DNA of 64,000 bases from Blastocladiella emersonii ATCC 22665 (GCA_025594325.1 JANHCV010000004.1:992001-1056000); one strand, 5' to 3'. Shown: positions 1 to 12,422, numbered from the stretch's first letter. Program-made: numbers and translations. The notes: generated by a model not told the origin, from the sequence alone.

Positions 1-956
1 CGCGACGGGTGAACCCACTGCAACGAATCGTACCCTTGGTGGTGATGTTAAAGTCCTCCTTGAAGATGCGCCAGTCGCGCTCCTTCATCTCGTGAAGACT
101 CTTCTCGGTCCAGCGGCGGTTGTCGAGCTTCTCGTTGTCCGCGTCCTTGGAAGACGCCACACCCATGCCGCCGAGGTGCCCACGGCCAAACGCGTTGTAC
201 TCGACGCGGCGGTCGTACAGCGGGTTGGCGTCGCGCGACGTGTCCTCGCTCGCGTCCCAGTCGAAGACGAAGCGGCGGTCGTTGGTCCGGCGCGTGCGCC
301 GCTTACGCTTGTCGCCGCCCATGTACCGCTCGCGGATCAGCTCGAGCTCCTCGGGCGTCAGGTTCTTGAGCTCCTCGTCCGTCGGGCCGTCGCGGTCGCG
401 CTCGCGGTCGTCGTGGCCGCGGTCCCGGTCCCGGCCGTTCCCGCCACGTGGACGGTCGCGATCGCGATCCCGGTCGTTGCCACCGCGGCGCGAGTGCGGC
501 GATGGATCGCGACGCCGGCGGTCCCCGCGATCGCGCGAGCGGGAACGCGACCGGTCCCTGCGCCGCCAGTCCCCGCGGTCGTCGCGCCGGTCGCGTCCGC
601 CGCGGTCGTTGCTGGACGCGGCAGCCCCGCGACCGAACCGCGATGAGCTGGTGGACGTCGAGGCAGGCGCGGGTGGCGCGTGGCGGGCCTCCTCGAAGAA
701 GGTCTTGCGCTGCTCGCGCTCCTCGGCCTGCTGGTCGCGCAGCTTCTCGACCTCGGCGGCGCGGCGGGCGAGGGCCAGTGCGGCACGTTCTTCCTTGGAC
801 AGAAATTTGGGCTACATGGCATGAACGAGGGTCAGGACCAGGGCGGAAGGGGTGGTCGGCAGCGCTCAGACGTGCCTTGGCGTTGGCGTTCTTCTCCTCA
901 AGCTTGCTCTTCACCACATCCTCGAGGGCGAGCGGGTCCTTTTTGGCGTGATTCAT
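1..956 (-). CDS. PRP28: Pre-mRNA splicing DEAD-box helicase Prp28/DDX23, 5' part (runs off the left edge)
   Basis: Exon 1 (956-876) MNHAKKDPLALEDVVKSKLEE..NAK, a GC-AG intron 875-812, then exon 2 (811-34) PKFLSKEER...RRFVFDWDASEDTS...ERDWRIFKEDFNITTKG. These match DDX23 N-terminal motifs (EPLSLEE, PKFLSK, FVFEWDASEDT, DWRIFRED). Next intron GTACG starts at 33. Confidence 0.93.
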
Positions 957-1254
957 GGTTGCAGTAGGTTGAGATGCATGGGCTGAAGCGAGGGCAGGTC
1001 AAGAGAGAGCGGGAGGGAGGGAGAGCGACTCTAAAACGAAAGAAGGAGGCGCGACGGTCGCGGCCATCAGCTGATGCTCCCGCGCCGCTTCCTCTCCGCT
1101 TTTCATCGCCGGCCCGCCGACCTCCCTCCCCCTCGAACGCGTTCCCAACCACATTGCCGCGGCCTGCGACTGTAGCTGCAACTGCCCCTTTCCCGCACTC
1201 TTTGCTACGAATCGACGCGCACACCGTGCCATCTGCCGCCCGGAAACCGAAACC

Positions 1255-3010
1255 ATGTCGCGCCCGAACCCGTCCAAGCGCAAGAACCGCCAATACAACC
1301 GCCTGCCCAACGAGGACACGGCGTTACTGCCTGGTCCGCAGGGCGGGCCCATGCCCGGCGCCGGCGCCAGCAGCACGGGCTACGCGGCGCACCCGGGCGC
1401 GGCGGCCGCGGGCGCCAAGCTCAAGCCCAAGCAGCCCAACCGCACGACCAAGACGGCGCAGAAGCTGACGCTGTTCCCCGAGGACGGGCCGACGATGCAG
1501 CCGCTGTTGTCCGAGGACATGCTGCTGCCCGAGGCCGAGGACCTGTTCGACCAGCTCACCCACATCCCGCCCGAGCGCATCGGCAAGCTCGACCGCACCA
1601 AGCTGCCGCGCGTCACCTCCTACTGCGTCGCCAACGCGTACCAGTTCGACGAGCTCATCGAGTTCCTCAAGTCGCGCCCACACGTCACCGCGCCCCGCAA
1701 GTTCGACGAGTGCGTCTACGTCGCCCTCAACTCGTCCGTCGGCCAGGTCGTCCCGCAGCCCGCCAACACCTCGGCCGCCGCGCTCGACGCCATGACCCAC
1801 CACCACCACCCGAACATGCACCTCGGCGCGGGCATGCCCGGCATGAACCCCGGCCTCCCGCCCACGGGCCCGTCGCTCGACCTCATGGAGGCGTACCGCG
1901 CCCACTCCGAGGCCATGGCCATGGGCGCCGGCGTCGGCGCCGCCCAGGAGAAAAAGGGCGAGCTGTTCCTGTTCGAGTACGGCGTCGTGGTGTTCTGGGG
2001 CTTCTCGGCCACCGAGGAGCGCACGCTGCTGCGCCAGTTTGCGCCGTTCGAGTCGGAACCGCTCGACGCGGCCGACGTGGAGGGCACCCGCGAGGAGTTC
2101 AGCTTCCACTACAACAGCAGCTACCAGCCCCGCATCTACAACGATATCATCTCGCTCAAGTCCGACAACTATATGGCCAAGCTCACCATCTCGCACGCCA
2201 TTGCGCAGTCCACCAAGCTCACCCTCTTTGAGGGCCTCATGGACGAGACCATCTCCGCTACGAAACACATCCCGCAGACCATGGCCGAGACGGGCAAGGT
2301 GCCCATGTCGCGCACCGCTATCACCAAAAAGATCGGCCAGCTGTTCGTTACTCGCGCTCGCTCGCGGGACTGGGGCTCGCCGATCTGACTCTGACTCGCC
2401 TCGCCGTGTCGCGTTTAGGTTCATCATGCGCATCAACGTGAATCTCGTGAGTAACGTCCTGTACGTCCCGCTCTCTGCATCGCCCGACATACCGGCGATC
2501 GGCGATCGACTGACCTGAAAATCCCACCATGTAGCGATGTCCCCGAGGTCTTCTGGGGCGAGCCTGCGCTCGAGCCCTTGTACCAGGCCATCCGCGGCTA
2601 CCTCGAGATCAATCAACGCGTCGAGCTCCTCAATCAACGACTCGCCGTCATTTCCGACCTCCTCGACATGTACGCTTCGCTCCCCTCGCCCACTATCGGA
2701 CAGCTCGCTCACACGCGGTCATTGTTAGGCTCAAGGAACATCTGACGAGCACGCACGGCGAGGTACGTGAAACCTTCCGCTGGCACTCGTCCGCGTCTGA
2801 CGGACTATCTGCCTCCTCAACCGCTTCCCACCAACCCCATGCGTAGGCCCTCGAGTGGATAGTCATCATCCTAATCGGTGCGCTTTCTCTCTCACTGGGA
2901 GCTCGCAGAGCTGCTCACTGACGCTCCAAACTCTAGGGTTCGAGATCGTCATTGGTATCGTGACGATTCTCTTCGACTACTTCTCGTACATCAAGGGCAA
3001 CCACGAGTAG
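1255..3010 (+). CDS. RMD1: RMD1/DUF155 family protein (sporulation protein RMD1-like)
   Basis: ORF 1255-2342 has RVTSYCVANAY, FLFEYGVVVFWG, YQPRIYNDII, KLTISHAIAQSTKL. Spliced small exons give LFIMRINVNL..LDVPEVFW..LYQAIRGYLEINQRVELLNQRL..LEWIVIILIGFEI. TAG at 3008-3010. Confidence 0.9.
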
Positions 3011-3526
3011 GATGCTATTGCGAAACGGACATTATATAGTACCCATTTGACCAACTCATTGATGCGTGTCACCACCGGGGCACTTGCTGACTGGGAGGAA
3101 TACCCCCGTCGTCCAACTTGGCGAGCGCGAATCGACCCCCCCCGTGTGGTTTCCCGCACCTCCCGCACTTCTGTCCACGGTGACCGTTTGCTGCGTGCGA
3201 AGCTGCGTACCGTAGATTTACTTGTTCTGCTGGCAGCGAACGTATGACTAGCGTGCGAGGCGGCTCTGCCGCTTGCGTCCTCTCGCACCTGCTTTGCACA
3301 CAATCAATGTTCAGCGAGGACACATCAACCGCGGCCGGACAGAACAATGTGATCTGGTGATGCGCGACATGAGAAACGCTTAGCGACATGCGGCCTATGA
3401 AGCTGTGATGAGGTATTGATTGGGACGCGTTGCGCCACTCACATGATCGCGACTTGAGTCGAGCCAGGGGATCTGGTCGAGTACAAGAGCATTGCGAGCG
3501 AGTGCGGGACCAAGGGTTCTGAAGAA

Positions 3527-3949
3527 GTGCATATCGAGGCCAAGCCGAGCGCTGGGGGTGCCGGAGCGGCGGCGGCTCCGCCGAAGCGCGAGATCCGGTC
3601 GCGCGACCTGGCCAAGGAGCCGTTCCTGGACGACACCGAGTACTACCAGGACCGCAAGGAGGAGTTCGATCTGCTCGTGCAGCTGATGCAGGAGAACCCG
3701 AAGCCGCCAAAGGCGCAGCACCAGCAGATCGACCTGTTCAAGCGGTTCCGCACGTACTGGCTGCTCGCGTGGATCATCATCAACGGCGGCCTGCTGTTCA
3801 TCCTGCTGTCGCCCGCGTCGGTCGGCATCAAGAACCCGGACTTTGCCGCGGGGTACCTCAACCTGCTGTTCAACGTCGTGCTCGGGTTCTCGGCGTTCCG
3901 GTTCGTCTTCTCGACGCTGTACCGCATCCAGAACGTGTGGTTCTCGTAG
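3527..3949 (+). pseudogene. Duplicated last exon of the chitin synthase (orphan 3' fragment)
   Basis: Same protein as CHS terminal exon 19731-19309 (VHIEAKPS...RIQNVWFS*). No upstream CHS exons on this side; in-frame TGA at 3455. Confidence 0.85.
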
Positions 3950-4110
3950 GTGCGACGCGACGACCGCCCGTCGTGCCCGTTTGTGATGTTATCCCTCCCC
4001 TACCCTTTGTGAATTTGCGTTTTTGCTCTCATACACCTCCGGTCCTTGTCTCTCGTATCCCTCGCGTCCAAACTCGCAGCCATGAGCCAAGACTTGAACG
4101 AGCTGCTGCA

Positions 4111-4419
4111 TCCACACCACGACAGCGCCCGACTCGCGGGCCCACTGCAGGTTGGTGAACGAGAACTTGGCGATCTGCAGCTGCGCGGCCGTCGACAGCA
4201 CGATGATGGCGAGCAGGATGACGGCGATCAGGGCAAACGACGCGATGATGCCGTGGAACACGCCGCGCGCCGATTTCGGGTTGTTGCCGAGCGACGCGAT
4301 GAAGGTCATGAGCAGCAGCAGCAGCGCGTAGAAGGGCCGCGACACGAGCAGCACCGCGCGCAGCACCTGGAACCCGGCCGAGTTCTCGTTGCTCGGGATG
4401 AACTTGACGTTGTCGGCCG
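4111..4419 (-). pseudogene. Copy of internal CHS exon segment (mirror of 18839-19147)
   Basis: Direct-orientation copy of 20245-20547 ([29 protein letters not shown]...RESGAVV). Confidence 0.9.
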
Positions 4420-4987
4420 GGTCTGCGACTGGGACAGCTGCTGGGCGCAGTTGCAGCCGAGCTGTATCTGCGACTGCGACTCGGGAACAAGCGAAAGTGG
4501 AGAAGCGTGGCCAAGGACTGTTGCCGCAGCCGTCGCGGTTCAGCAGCAGCAGCGGCGCCCCGCATACCTCGACCTCTCACTGCAAGGCGCGCAGCGGCTC
4601 ACGGGGCCTGCAGCTTCACCTGACCCGTGCGGACCCGCGGCGGATGCGCAGTGACTTATTGCTCTCTCAAGCCCCCGCAGTCTCTACCCGCCTCGACCAA
4701 CCGAGCCGAGAGAGCAGGTCGATGCCGCTTCAACTCAACTCAGCGGACGTTGCCCCCGAGACGGCGGCGCAATCCACGACCACGATCCATCCGATTATAT
4801 TGCAGGGAGTGCAGTGCTTCATGGTAGTGGGCGAGTGAGGGCGCAAGGGAGGGGCCGCGGCGGCGCTCGTCCGTGGCATGGGACACGGAGCGATCAGCGC
4901 GCTGTCTCGCCCCGCTCACGTGTTTGTTCGACGCGTCTCCACTTTCTCGTGTTCTCGCACGGTCGAGGGGCGAGACAAATAGGCGCA

Positions 4988-5047
4988 ATAGAGATAGACA
5001 TAGAGATAGACATAGACATAGACATAGACATAGACATAGACATAGAG
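4988..5047. repeat. (GACATA/GAGATA)n hexanucleotide microsatellite, mirrored at 18211-18270
   Basis: About 10 tandem hexamers read directly. Confidence 0.95.
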
Positions 5048-5982
5048 GTAAAGAACGGGATGTAGTTTGTTCAAACAGAGAGAGACCACGGCCAACCGAC
5101 GCCGCGGTTCGGTCCCACGCGCCGTCGCGCTCGCTTGAGCCCGCCCCAGCCTCGTCTGGTCGGGCCGGTCGAGAACCGGCTCGCCGACTGACGCGCGTGT
5201 CACATGCTGCAGTACGAGAGGGTCAAGTGGAGGAGAAGGGGTCAGAACGAGGAACGGGTCCCGATTAATGGGAACTGCGACACCGCCGCCACGACGCACG
5301 ACTTGGGATGCACCAAAGGTCGCTACCCCACTCACCGCTGGCGCGTCGAAACCACCCACAACCCAGCTCCATCCAGCCTGCCCTCGAGGTTGACAACGAC
5401 CCCAGCCGACCAGCAGAGAGAGTCCCATACTCGCAGAGGTGCCGCACCATCGGTCCCGCTACTCGCTTGGCGAGGTCACCGCGCGGGACGGGTGATGCGG
5501 CACGTGCGTCGAGGACCCTTCGCGGCGCGATCCAGGAGACGATGACGAGTTGGAGAGACAGCGGACGAGGGAGCGATTGGTGGGTATGCGACAAGAGTCT
5601 GGACGATGGGTGCGCGCAAGGGGTGAAGAGGCAGCAGCCGACTGCGGGAGCGGCACACCTTGGATGCACCCGTTTTGCACGCCGCAGGTAGGCTGATACA
5701 ATGGGTTGGCTTCCCAGACGGGATGCGAGGGAAACATCAAGGGGAGGTGAGGTGGTGGAGGGGAGAGGAGGTGCGTCGCGATACAGGAGCCGTGCGGGGC
5801 GGTGATGGGGACGCGCGAGTGAAGTGCGCGCGAGCGGGTCGACGTGTACCAGTCCAGCAATGTTGGGCGAGACGAGACGAGACGAGCAGCGTGTCGAGGT
5901 CGTAGATGGCCATGGTCGGGACGCAAAGCGTACGCGGGGTGAATGTTCTTGGGCGCGGTAGCAGTGGGATGGTGTCGAGAGT

Positions 5983-8900
5983 CTGTTCGGGAGATGAGCA
6001 AGCAAAGAGTCAGCGAGTAGCACTCGGGATGCGAGTTGGAGATGAGCCGTACCGAGTCCCAAAGTGGTCGACGAGTTGAGGTACCCGACGGCCCGCCTCG
6101 AGCGCGAGTACTTGAGCCGCGCAAGCAAACGTGACACTGTTGAGGGCCTGGTCCGCCGCGGTGCTGGTGGTGGTGGTTGGTCTCTCGAGTCGGCGACGTG
6201 TACCAGAGTCCGACGAGATGTTGAGGCTGTCGTAGCTACACGAAGCGGCGGTGTGAGCACGCGATCGGTCAACCGCGGCGGCAGCAGAATGTACGAGTGC
6301 CGTAAAACCCCTCGATGATCACCGTGGACCGCCGAGAGCGTCGAGCTGCGACACGACCTCCTTGAGCAGCGTGTACGAGCGCTTGTTGAGAACTCGGTCG
6401 GCCGTCGTGACTGACGTCGCACGGCAACATGCCCGTGTTAGAGCCTGACGAAATGTCGAAGCCGAGTGGGCCACGGAATCGACGTGGACAAGAACAGCTT
6501 GCGCGCACGCGTGGTGGCCAAGTCGTGGCCCTGGTCGTGTGGCACCTACGCGAAACGGCAGTGTGAACACGCGATCGGTCGACCGCAGCGACAGCAGAAC
6601 GTACGAGTGCGGAGAAACATATCGATCACCACCATGGACCGCCGGTAGAACTCGAGTCGCGAGAGCCGCGACTGCTGCAGCCGATCAGGCGCGTGAGAGC
6701 GTGAAGACGACCCCAGCCGCTGTGGTGATGGTGCAGCCCCACGCCGTGTTGATGGCCTGGCGACGCCAGGCTCCGCCGGACTTGGGGTTGATGCGCCACG
6801 ACCACTACACGATGCACGAGTCAGCTACGAGGTTTCGTTTGCAGGAGCACACGTTGCAAAGTACCGAGAATGTACGCCCAGCTGGCGCCAGAATGGTCGG
6901 CGACCAGGCGCGTCGCGTCGGCGATGTGCGCCAGAGCCCGACGAGGTGTTGAAGCTGCCGAACCGCCGCTGGATCAATCTGGACGCCGACGAGATCATGT
7001 CGCGCGCGCGAGGCGACGATCGTGATGTGGTTCCACCCGTTCTGTGATGGCTACACGAGGCAAACGGGTGAACACGCGATCGGCAACCGCGCTCGGATCA
7101 GGACATACGAACGCTGGGGCGTTACTGTACCCCCCTTGGTTACCATGAACCGCGCGAGTCTCGAGCTGCGGCTGCCGTCGATCAGGTGCGCGGGAGCGCG
7201 ACGTCGAGCTGGTTCTCGATCCCGACGCGATGCTGAGGAGGAACCGCCGCCACTTGATCAGTGCGGGCGCGGGCGAGTAGAAGTTGCGCGCGCGCACACG
7301 AGGCCTGGATGATGGTGTTGTGGTGGCGCGACGACTACACGAGGGCAGCGATGTGAGCATGCGATCAGCTGACCGCGGCGACGGCGGAACGTACAAATGC
7401 CGTGAAAGTCCTTGACAATCACCGCCGAGCGCCGAGCGCCGAAAGCGTTGAGCCGCGTCTGCCGCCGATGAGGTTCAAGAGTGTGGTGGCGACCCAGCTG
7501 CTGCGTCGACGGCACGGCGATGTCGCGCAGTGCATGGTCGCGCGAGTAGATCGACCCGCAACGGTGGTCACGGGCAAGTGGATGGGGAGGAGCTTGTCGA
7601 GCGCGAGTAGGTGAGACGCGATGGCGCGCGTGGCGGTCGACGACTCGGTCGGCATTGGCGATGGCGGTCGTGGCAGGCGCCGCGCGGTGAGAGGCACGTA
7701 CTGGAAGCCGACCCGACGAGATGGTGAGGCTGAGCCGGCGACTGCATCGACGCGGAACGAGAACGTCGCGCTCGCGCGCGTCATACTGGCACGTCATACC
7801 GATCGTGCGCAGGCCACACAAAGCAAAGGGGTGAGTGAACACGCGATTTGCCAGCTGCGCCAAGATGAGAACGTACGGTTGCTGAAATAGAGCTCCTTGA
7901 CCACCAAAAACCACACGATTGTCGAGCCCTGGACGCCGTGGATCAGGTACGAACGAGAAGACGTGATGGCGAGCGAACTTGACGATGCGTCGACGGCAGG
8001 GCAGGGCGCCGCAGAGCTTGGCCAGGATCGCGCGCCGACCTGTCACGGCGGCCGCGAGAGCATGGAGATGACGAGGAGCGCCTAGATCGCGCACGTACTT
8101 ACGCAGCGAGTGCACGCGTTGTTGATGATGAACTGGTCGACCTGGGTGACGGCGGTGGTTGGCGCCGCGCATGTCGCCGCGCGTATTTACTTGAATCCGA
8201 CGAGATGGTGAGGCCGAGCCGCCACTGGATCGACGCGGGAGCAGAAGTGAACCAGTCGCGCGCGCGCGAGGCCATGATGGTGTCGCGGTAGTGCTGCGGC
8301 TACACGAGCTCGAGGTCGAGTAGTGAGTACGCGACTGGCCAACTGCCCAAAAATCGGGTCGTACAAACGCTGAAGCCGAACCCTTTGGTCGCCGTAAACT
8401 GTGCAGATGTCGAGTCATGGCCGCCGTCGATCAGGTGCGCGAGAGCGCGACGTCGAGCCGGTCCTCGAGCCCGACGAGATGTTGAAGAGGAACCGCCACC
8501 ACTTGATCGATGCGGACGCGGGCAAGAAGCAGGTTGTGCGCGCGCGAGCCCTTAATGATGGCGTCGTGGTGGCGCTAGGACTACGCGAAACAGCGGTGTG
8601 AACATGCAATCGGTCGACCGCACAGAGGTTACGACAGGGCGTACGAATGCCGAGGAGCCCTCGACGATCATGGTGGAGCGCCGAGAGCGTTGCGTCGCGA
8701 CTGCCGCCGATCAGATGCGCGCGAGAGCGTGAAGACGACCCGACCCGACCCGGCTGCCGCGCCGACAGCACGGCGCGGTGCTGCCGAGCATGGCCGAGCG
8801 AGTGGATCGGTCCACAACGGCGGCCACGAGCACGAAGATGATGATGAGCTCGTCGAGCGCGAGTAGGTGGGTTGAAGACTCGGTCGGCCTTGACAATGGC

Positions 8901-9943
8901 GGCCGTGGCAGGCGCCGCGAGGCGGGAAGCACGTACTGGAATCCGACGCGACCCGACGAGATGATGGTGAAGCTGAGCCGGCGACTGGATCGACGCGGGC
9001 GCGAACTTCGCGCGCGTCGCGTCATACTGGCGCGTCATACCGATCGTGGGCCGGCTACACAAAGCAAAGGGGTGAGTGAACACGCGATTGGCCAACTGCG
9101 CCAAGATGAGAACGTACGATGGCTGAAGTCGACCTCCCGGGTCACCGTGAGCTGCGCGAGCGCCGTGCCCTGGACGCCGTGGATCAGGTACGAGAAGACG
9201 CGATGGTGAACTTGACGACGCGTCGACGGCACAACAGGGCGTTGTTGGGCTTGGCCAGGCTCGCACGTCGACCCGTCACGGCGGCCACGGGCATGGAGAT
9301 GACGAGGAGCTCCTTGCGCACGAGTGCTAGAGCTGCGAGTGCGCGGCCATGACCATGAGGATGGCGAGGAGCGCCTCAATCGCGCGCGTACTTGAGCAGC
9401 GGGTGCACATGTCGTTGGCGAACTTGGTCGGCCTTGGTGATGGTGGTAGTGGTTGGCGCCGCGCGTGTCGCCGCGCGTACTTGAACCCGACGAGATGGCG
9501 AGGCCGAGCCGCCACTGGATCGACGACGCGGTAGCGTACGAGAACAGGTTACGCGCACACACGAGGCCGCGATGGCGCCGTGGTAGTGCTGTGACTACAC
9601 AAGGAAGAAGTGTGAGTACGCGACCGGCCAGCTGCCCAGAGATCAGGCCGTACGAAGGCCGAACCCGAACTACTTGGTCGCCGTGAACTGCACGAGCGTT
9701 GAGCCGTGGACGCCGTCGATCAGGCGCGCGAGAGCGTGATGCCGCGCCGCGCTTGTCGCCGAGCATGGCCGGGCGAGTAGGTCGATCCGTCACGGCGGCA
9801 ACGAGCATGACGCGGGCGGGAGGAGAGCGAGAAGGAGAGGAGCGAGACGAGGAAAATCGAGCTCTACACAAGAGTTACGGGCGGGATGGCACGAGGATAA
9901 CAAACGGGAGTCAGCAACACGATCATATTGTTGTTGCTGGTAC
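5983..9943 (-). repeat. Degenerate tandem exon+intron cassette array (left-arm copy)
   Basis: Mirror of 13315-17275. Confidence 0.85.
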
Positions 9944-10081
9944 GGGGAGGCGTTGCGACCGGGCCGTTCGAGGAAGGAAGGGCATGATGAGGATGAGGCA
10001 AGTCGTGGTCGCGGCCACCGACACTAATGACGGCCGAGGGAAAGGAATGAGAGAGATGAGCGCGAGCCTCCTCAACCAATG

Positions 10082-10220
10082 CGTCTCGCCGCCGCCGACG
10101 CTCAGGATGAGAGAGGGAAGGAGATGAGAGCCCGCCGCCGACGCTCAGGATGAGAGGAGGTGATGGTGAAGGGATGGGAGCGTCGGCCACCGACTCGTCT
10201 CGCCGCCGCTGACGCTCAGG
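10082..10220. repeat. Three-copy ~24-bp mini repeat CGCCGCCGACGCTCAGG(ATGAGAG), mirrored at 13038-13176
   Basis: Copies near 10090, 10133 and 10201 (variant) separated by purine-rich linkers. Confidence 0.85.
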
Positions 10221-10835
10221 GTCGGGAAAGCGAGGAAGGAGGAGATTCGTCGTCGAGATAAGCTTGAAAGTCCCCCGTACCATTCATGTTCATGCGCGCG
10301 CACACACACACGGGCAGCGAGCGAGGCGAGGTGATGGTTGATACATGGTGTTGTGCGGGAGGATGCTCGACCCGGATCGGATCGCGGGGGCTGATCATGG
10401 TCGATGCGTGCGCGCCGTCGAGTACTGGCGGTTGCAGGGAGTATGGAGGGCGCGAGCGCGAACGTTGGAGGGAGAGGGTAGGCCGCGGGAGCGCGAGCGT
10501 GCGGCGGTAGCGATGGTGCCCGGGCGGGCAGCAAGGCGCGCATCGCGACGCGCCTGGATCAGTGCGTGAAACTACATTTTCGAGCGGATCATAACATAGC
10601 AACGCCGGGAATGAGTCGCGGCGCGAGACACGGCGGGTGCGGCGTGCGCAAGTGTCTCGCGCGGTGTCTCGCGGCTCTCATCAAGAGTGGCGAAAACGTT
10701 CACGTGCGCCCGCTGGCGGGGACCATCGTCGATTGCCGCGGTAAGAGGAGCGCGGCGGCGGGGGACGCGTCTCGAAAATGGAGACACCCGGGACGCGTCG
10801 CGCCCGATGCGAGACGTCACGCGAGCGGCGCGTGC

Positions 10836-12422
10836 GTGCGAGATCTTGAGACAACTCGTGATAGGCAGCGCGCCGCCCGGAGCCTCCACGCGTTACGCAA
10901 CATTCGCGAGAAGTCACACGAGCGATAACATGACGCGGGAGCGTGAACGCCTCACCAATGTGTTTGCCGCGGCCTGCTGTTTGGCTCTCCTTCGTGGCTC
11001 ACGATCGATTGGAGCGGTCAACAAGCCTGCGAGTCCGTCGGCGCGCCCTGAGCGCCTTGAAGCCGCTGAAGATGGCCACGACGCAGCGAGTTCAACCACA
11101 GCGGATCCTTCTCATGCTACTCCCTTCCTGGCTCATATCAGCGTCACCGATGCACTGGGCCCGTGCTTGCGTCGAGGGCACGGACTCGCGGAAGATTGCG
11201 GGCTTCTGACGCGGTACAAAAAGGTGTACTTGTCGTGGTTGAGCACACGACCAGTGCGAGCCCTGCCAAGGAGGCGGCTGCCGCCGAACGCTGGTGTGGA
11301 CAGCTGCATGGCGTGGAAGACGATCGAGCGGGCTCGGCAAACCTCCACGAAAACGAGACTCAGAGCGGATCCGGGCGACATGGACGAGAATCGGCGAGAT
11401 TGGGGAGAAGCCGAGGGGGTTGCCCCATGTATTGCTTTCGAGTTCCATGAGCCGTCACGGCGCGAGTTCTGCTGCATGAAGTCAAGTGCGAGGAGTGCGG
11501 GTCGGGCGTCGAGAATGGCGAGGAAGATGGCGTACCAGCGGGGATAGTCGGGCGGAGCGCAAGCCAGAGCGCGAGCCACCTCGAGCAGGCGTGGGCGTCG
11601 ATCACGTTGCTCCTGCAGGGGGCGCAACGCGACGTGTTTGACTGCGCACGCTCTCGCGCTCTACACAAGATCACCGGTATCAGACAGCGGGAGTGTTGAG
11701 TCCGGAGGCACATGAAGCAAAATGCTGACCGGACCTTCAGCGGTCCCGTGGCCGAAGGGGTAGTACGGGCCGTTGCACGCGCGACTTGGCCTCGAGCCGC
11801 AAGAGCCCGATCGCGAAGCAGGACTCGTTGAGGTGGTGTCTCGCCCCACTCCCGTTCAGCTCCAGGAACGATCTAAGCAACGCTAAGGTCACGCATGGCG
11901 AAGTCGATGCGGGTGGGACGCGCGAGGCTCGCGGATGGGTCGGCGATGGTTACGATGTTCGCAAAGCGACGGCCCGTCTGGATGTGGCCAACTGAAGCCG
12001 AGTGGCGCATCTCGAGCAGTGCGATTCTCATACACATGATATGAGTTGGTCCGTCGTATCGCTGTACATGGGCGAGATCATGGCGGCTGCCGCAGGAACA
12101 GACCGATACTGGAGTAGGAGCAGGGATATCGTTGCAGCTAGTTCCCGGGGCTTCTGTGCATAGGATTCATGGTCTCGACAATTGTCGATTTTGACATGAG
12201 TGCGAGGGAGAGCAGCGATCGACGAGGCGATCACGCAGGCGATCACGAAGGCGAAAGCACTCAGCAACGGGTCACGTGGTGTGAGCGACACGTTCGCTCT
12301 GTGAGCCGGCTTCAGGATGTTTTTTGACACCGGGCAGACACCCGTCATGATTCTCATCATGATTCTCGATTTTTCCTATAAGCTTGCTCACATTGATCCC
12401 GGACGAACCCCCGCGCCGCGCG
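10836..12422. other. Unique 1,587-bp palindrome spacer (loop)
   Basis: Symmetry breaks exactly after 10835 and before 12423. Visibly less GC-rich than the genes. No recognisable family. Confidence 0.9.

Larger units (their letters stand above)
3527..10835. repeat. Left arm of 16.2-kb inverted repeat (palindrome)
   Basis: Reverse complement of 12423-19731. Mirrored ORF pairs have identical translations and coordinate sums constant at 23258. One mismatch seen (3565/19693). Confidence 0.97.

Noticed and set aside
10082-10220. CRISPR-like array
   Set aside because: Only three imperfect copies, linkers of unequal length and low complexity, eukaryotic context, no cas genes.
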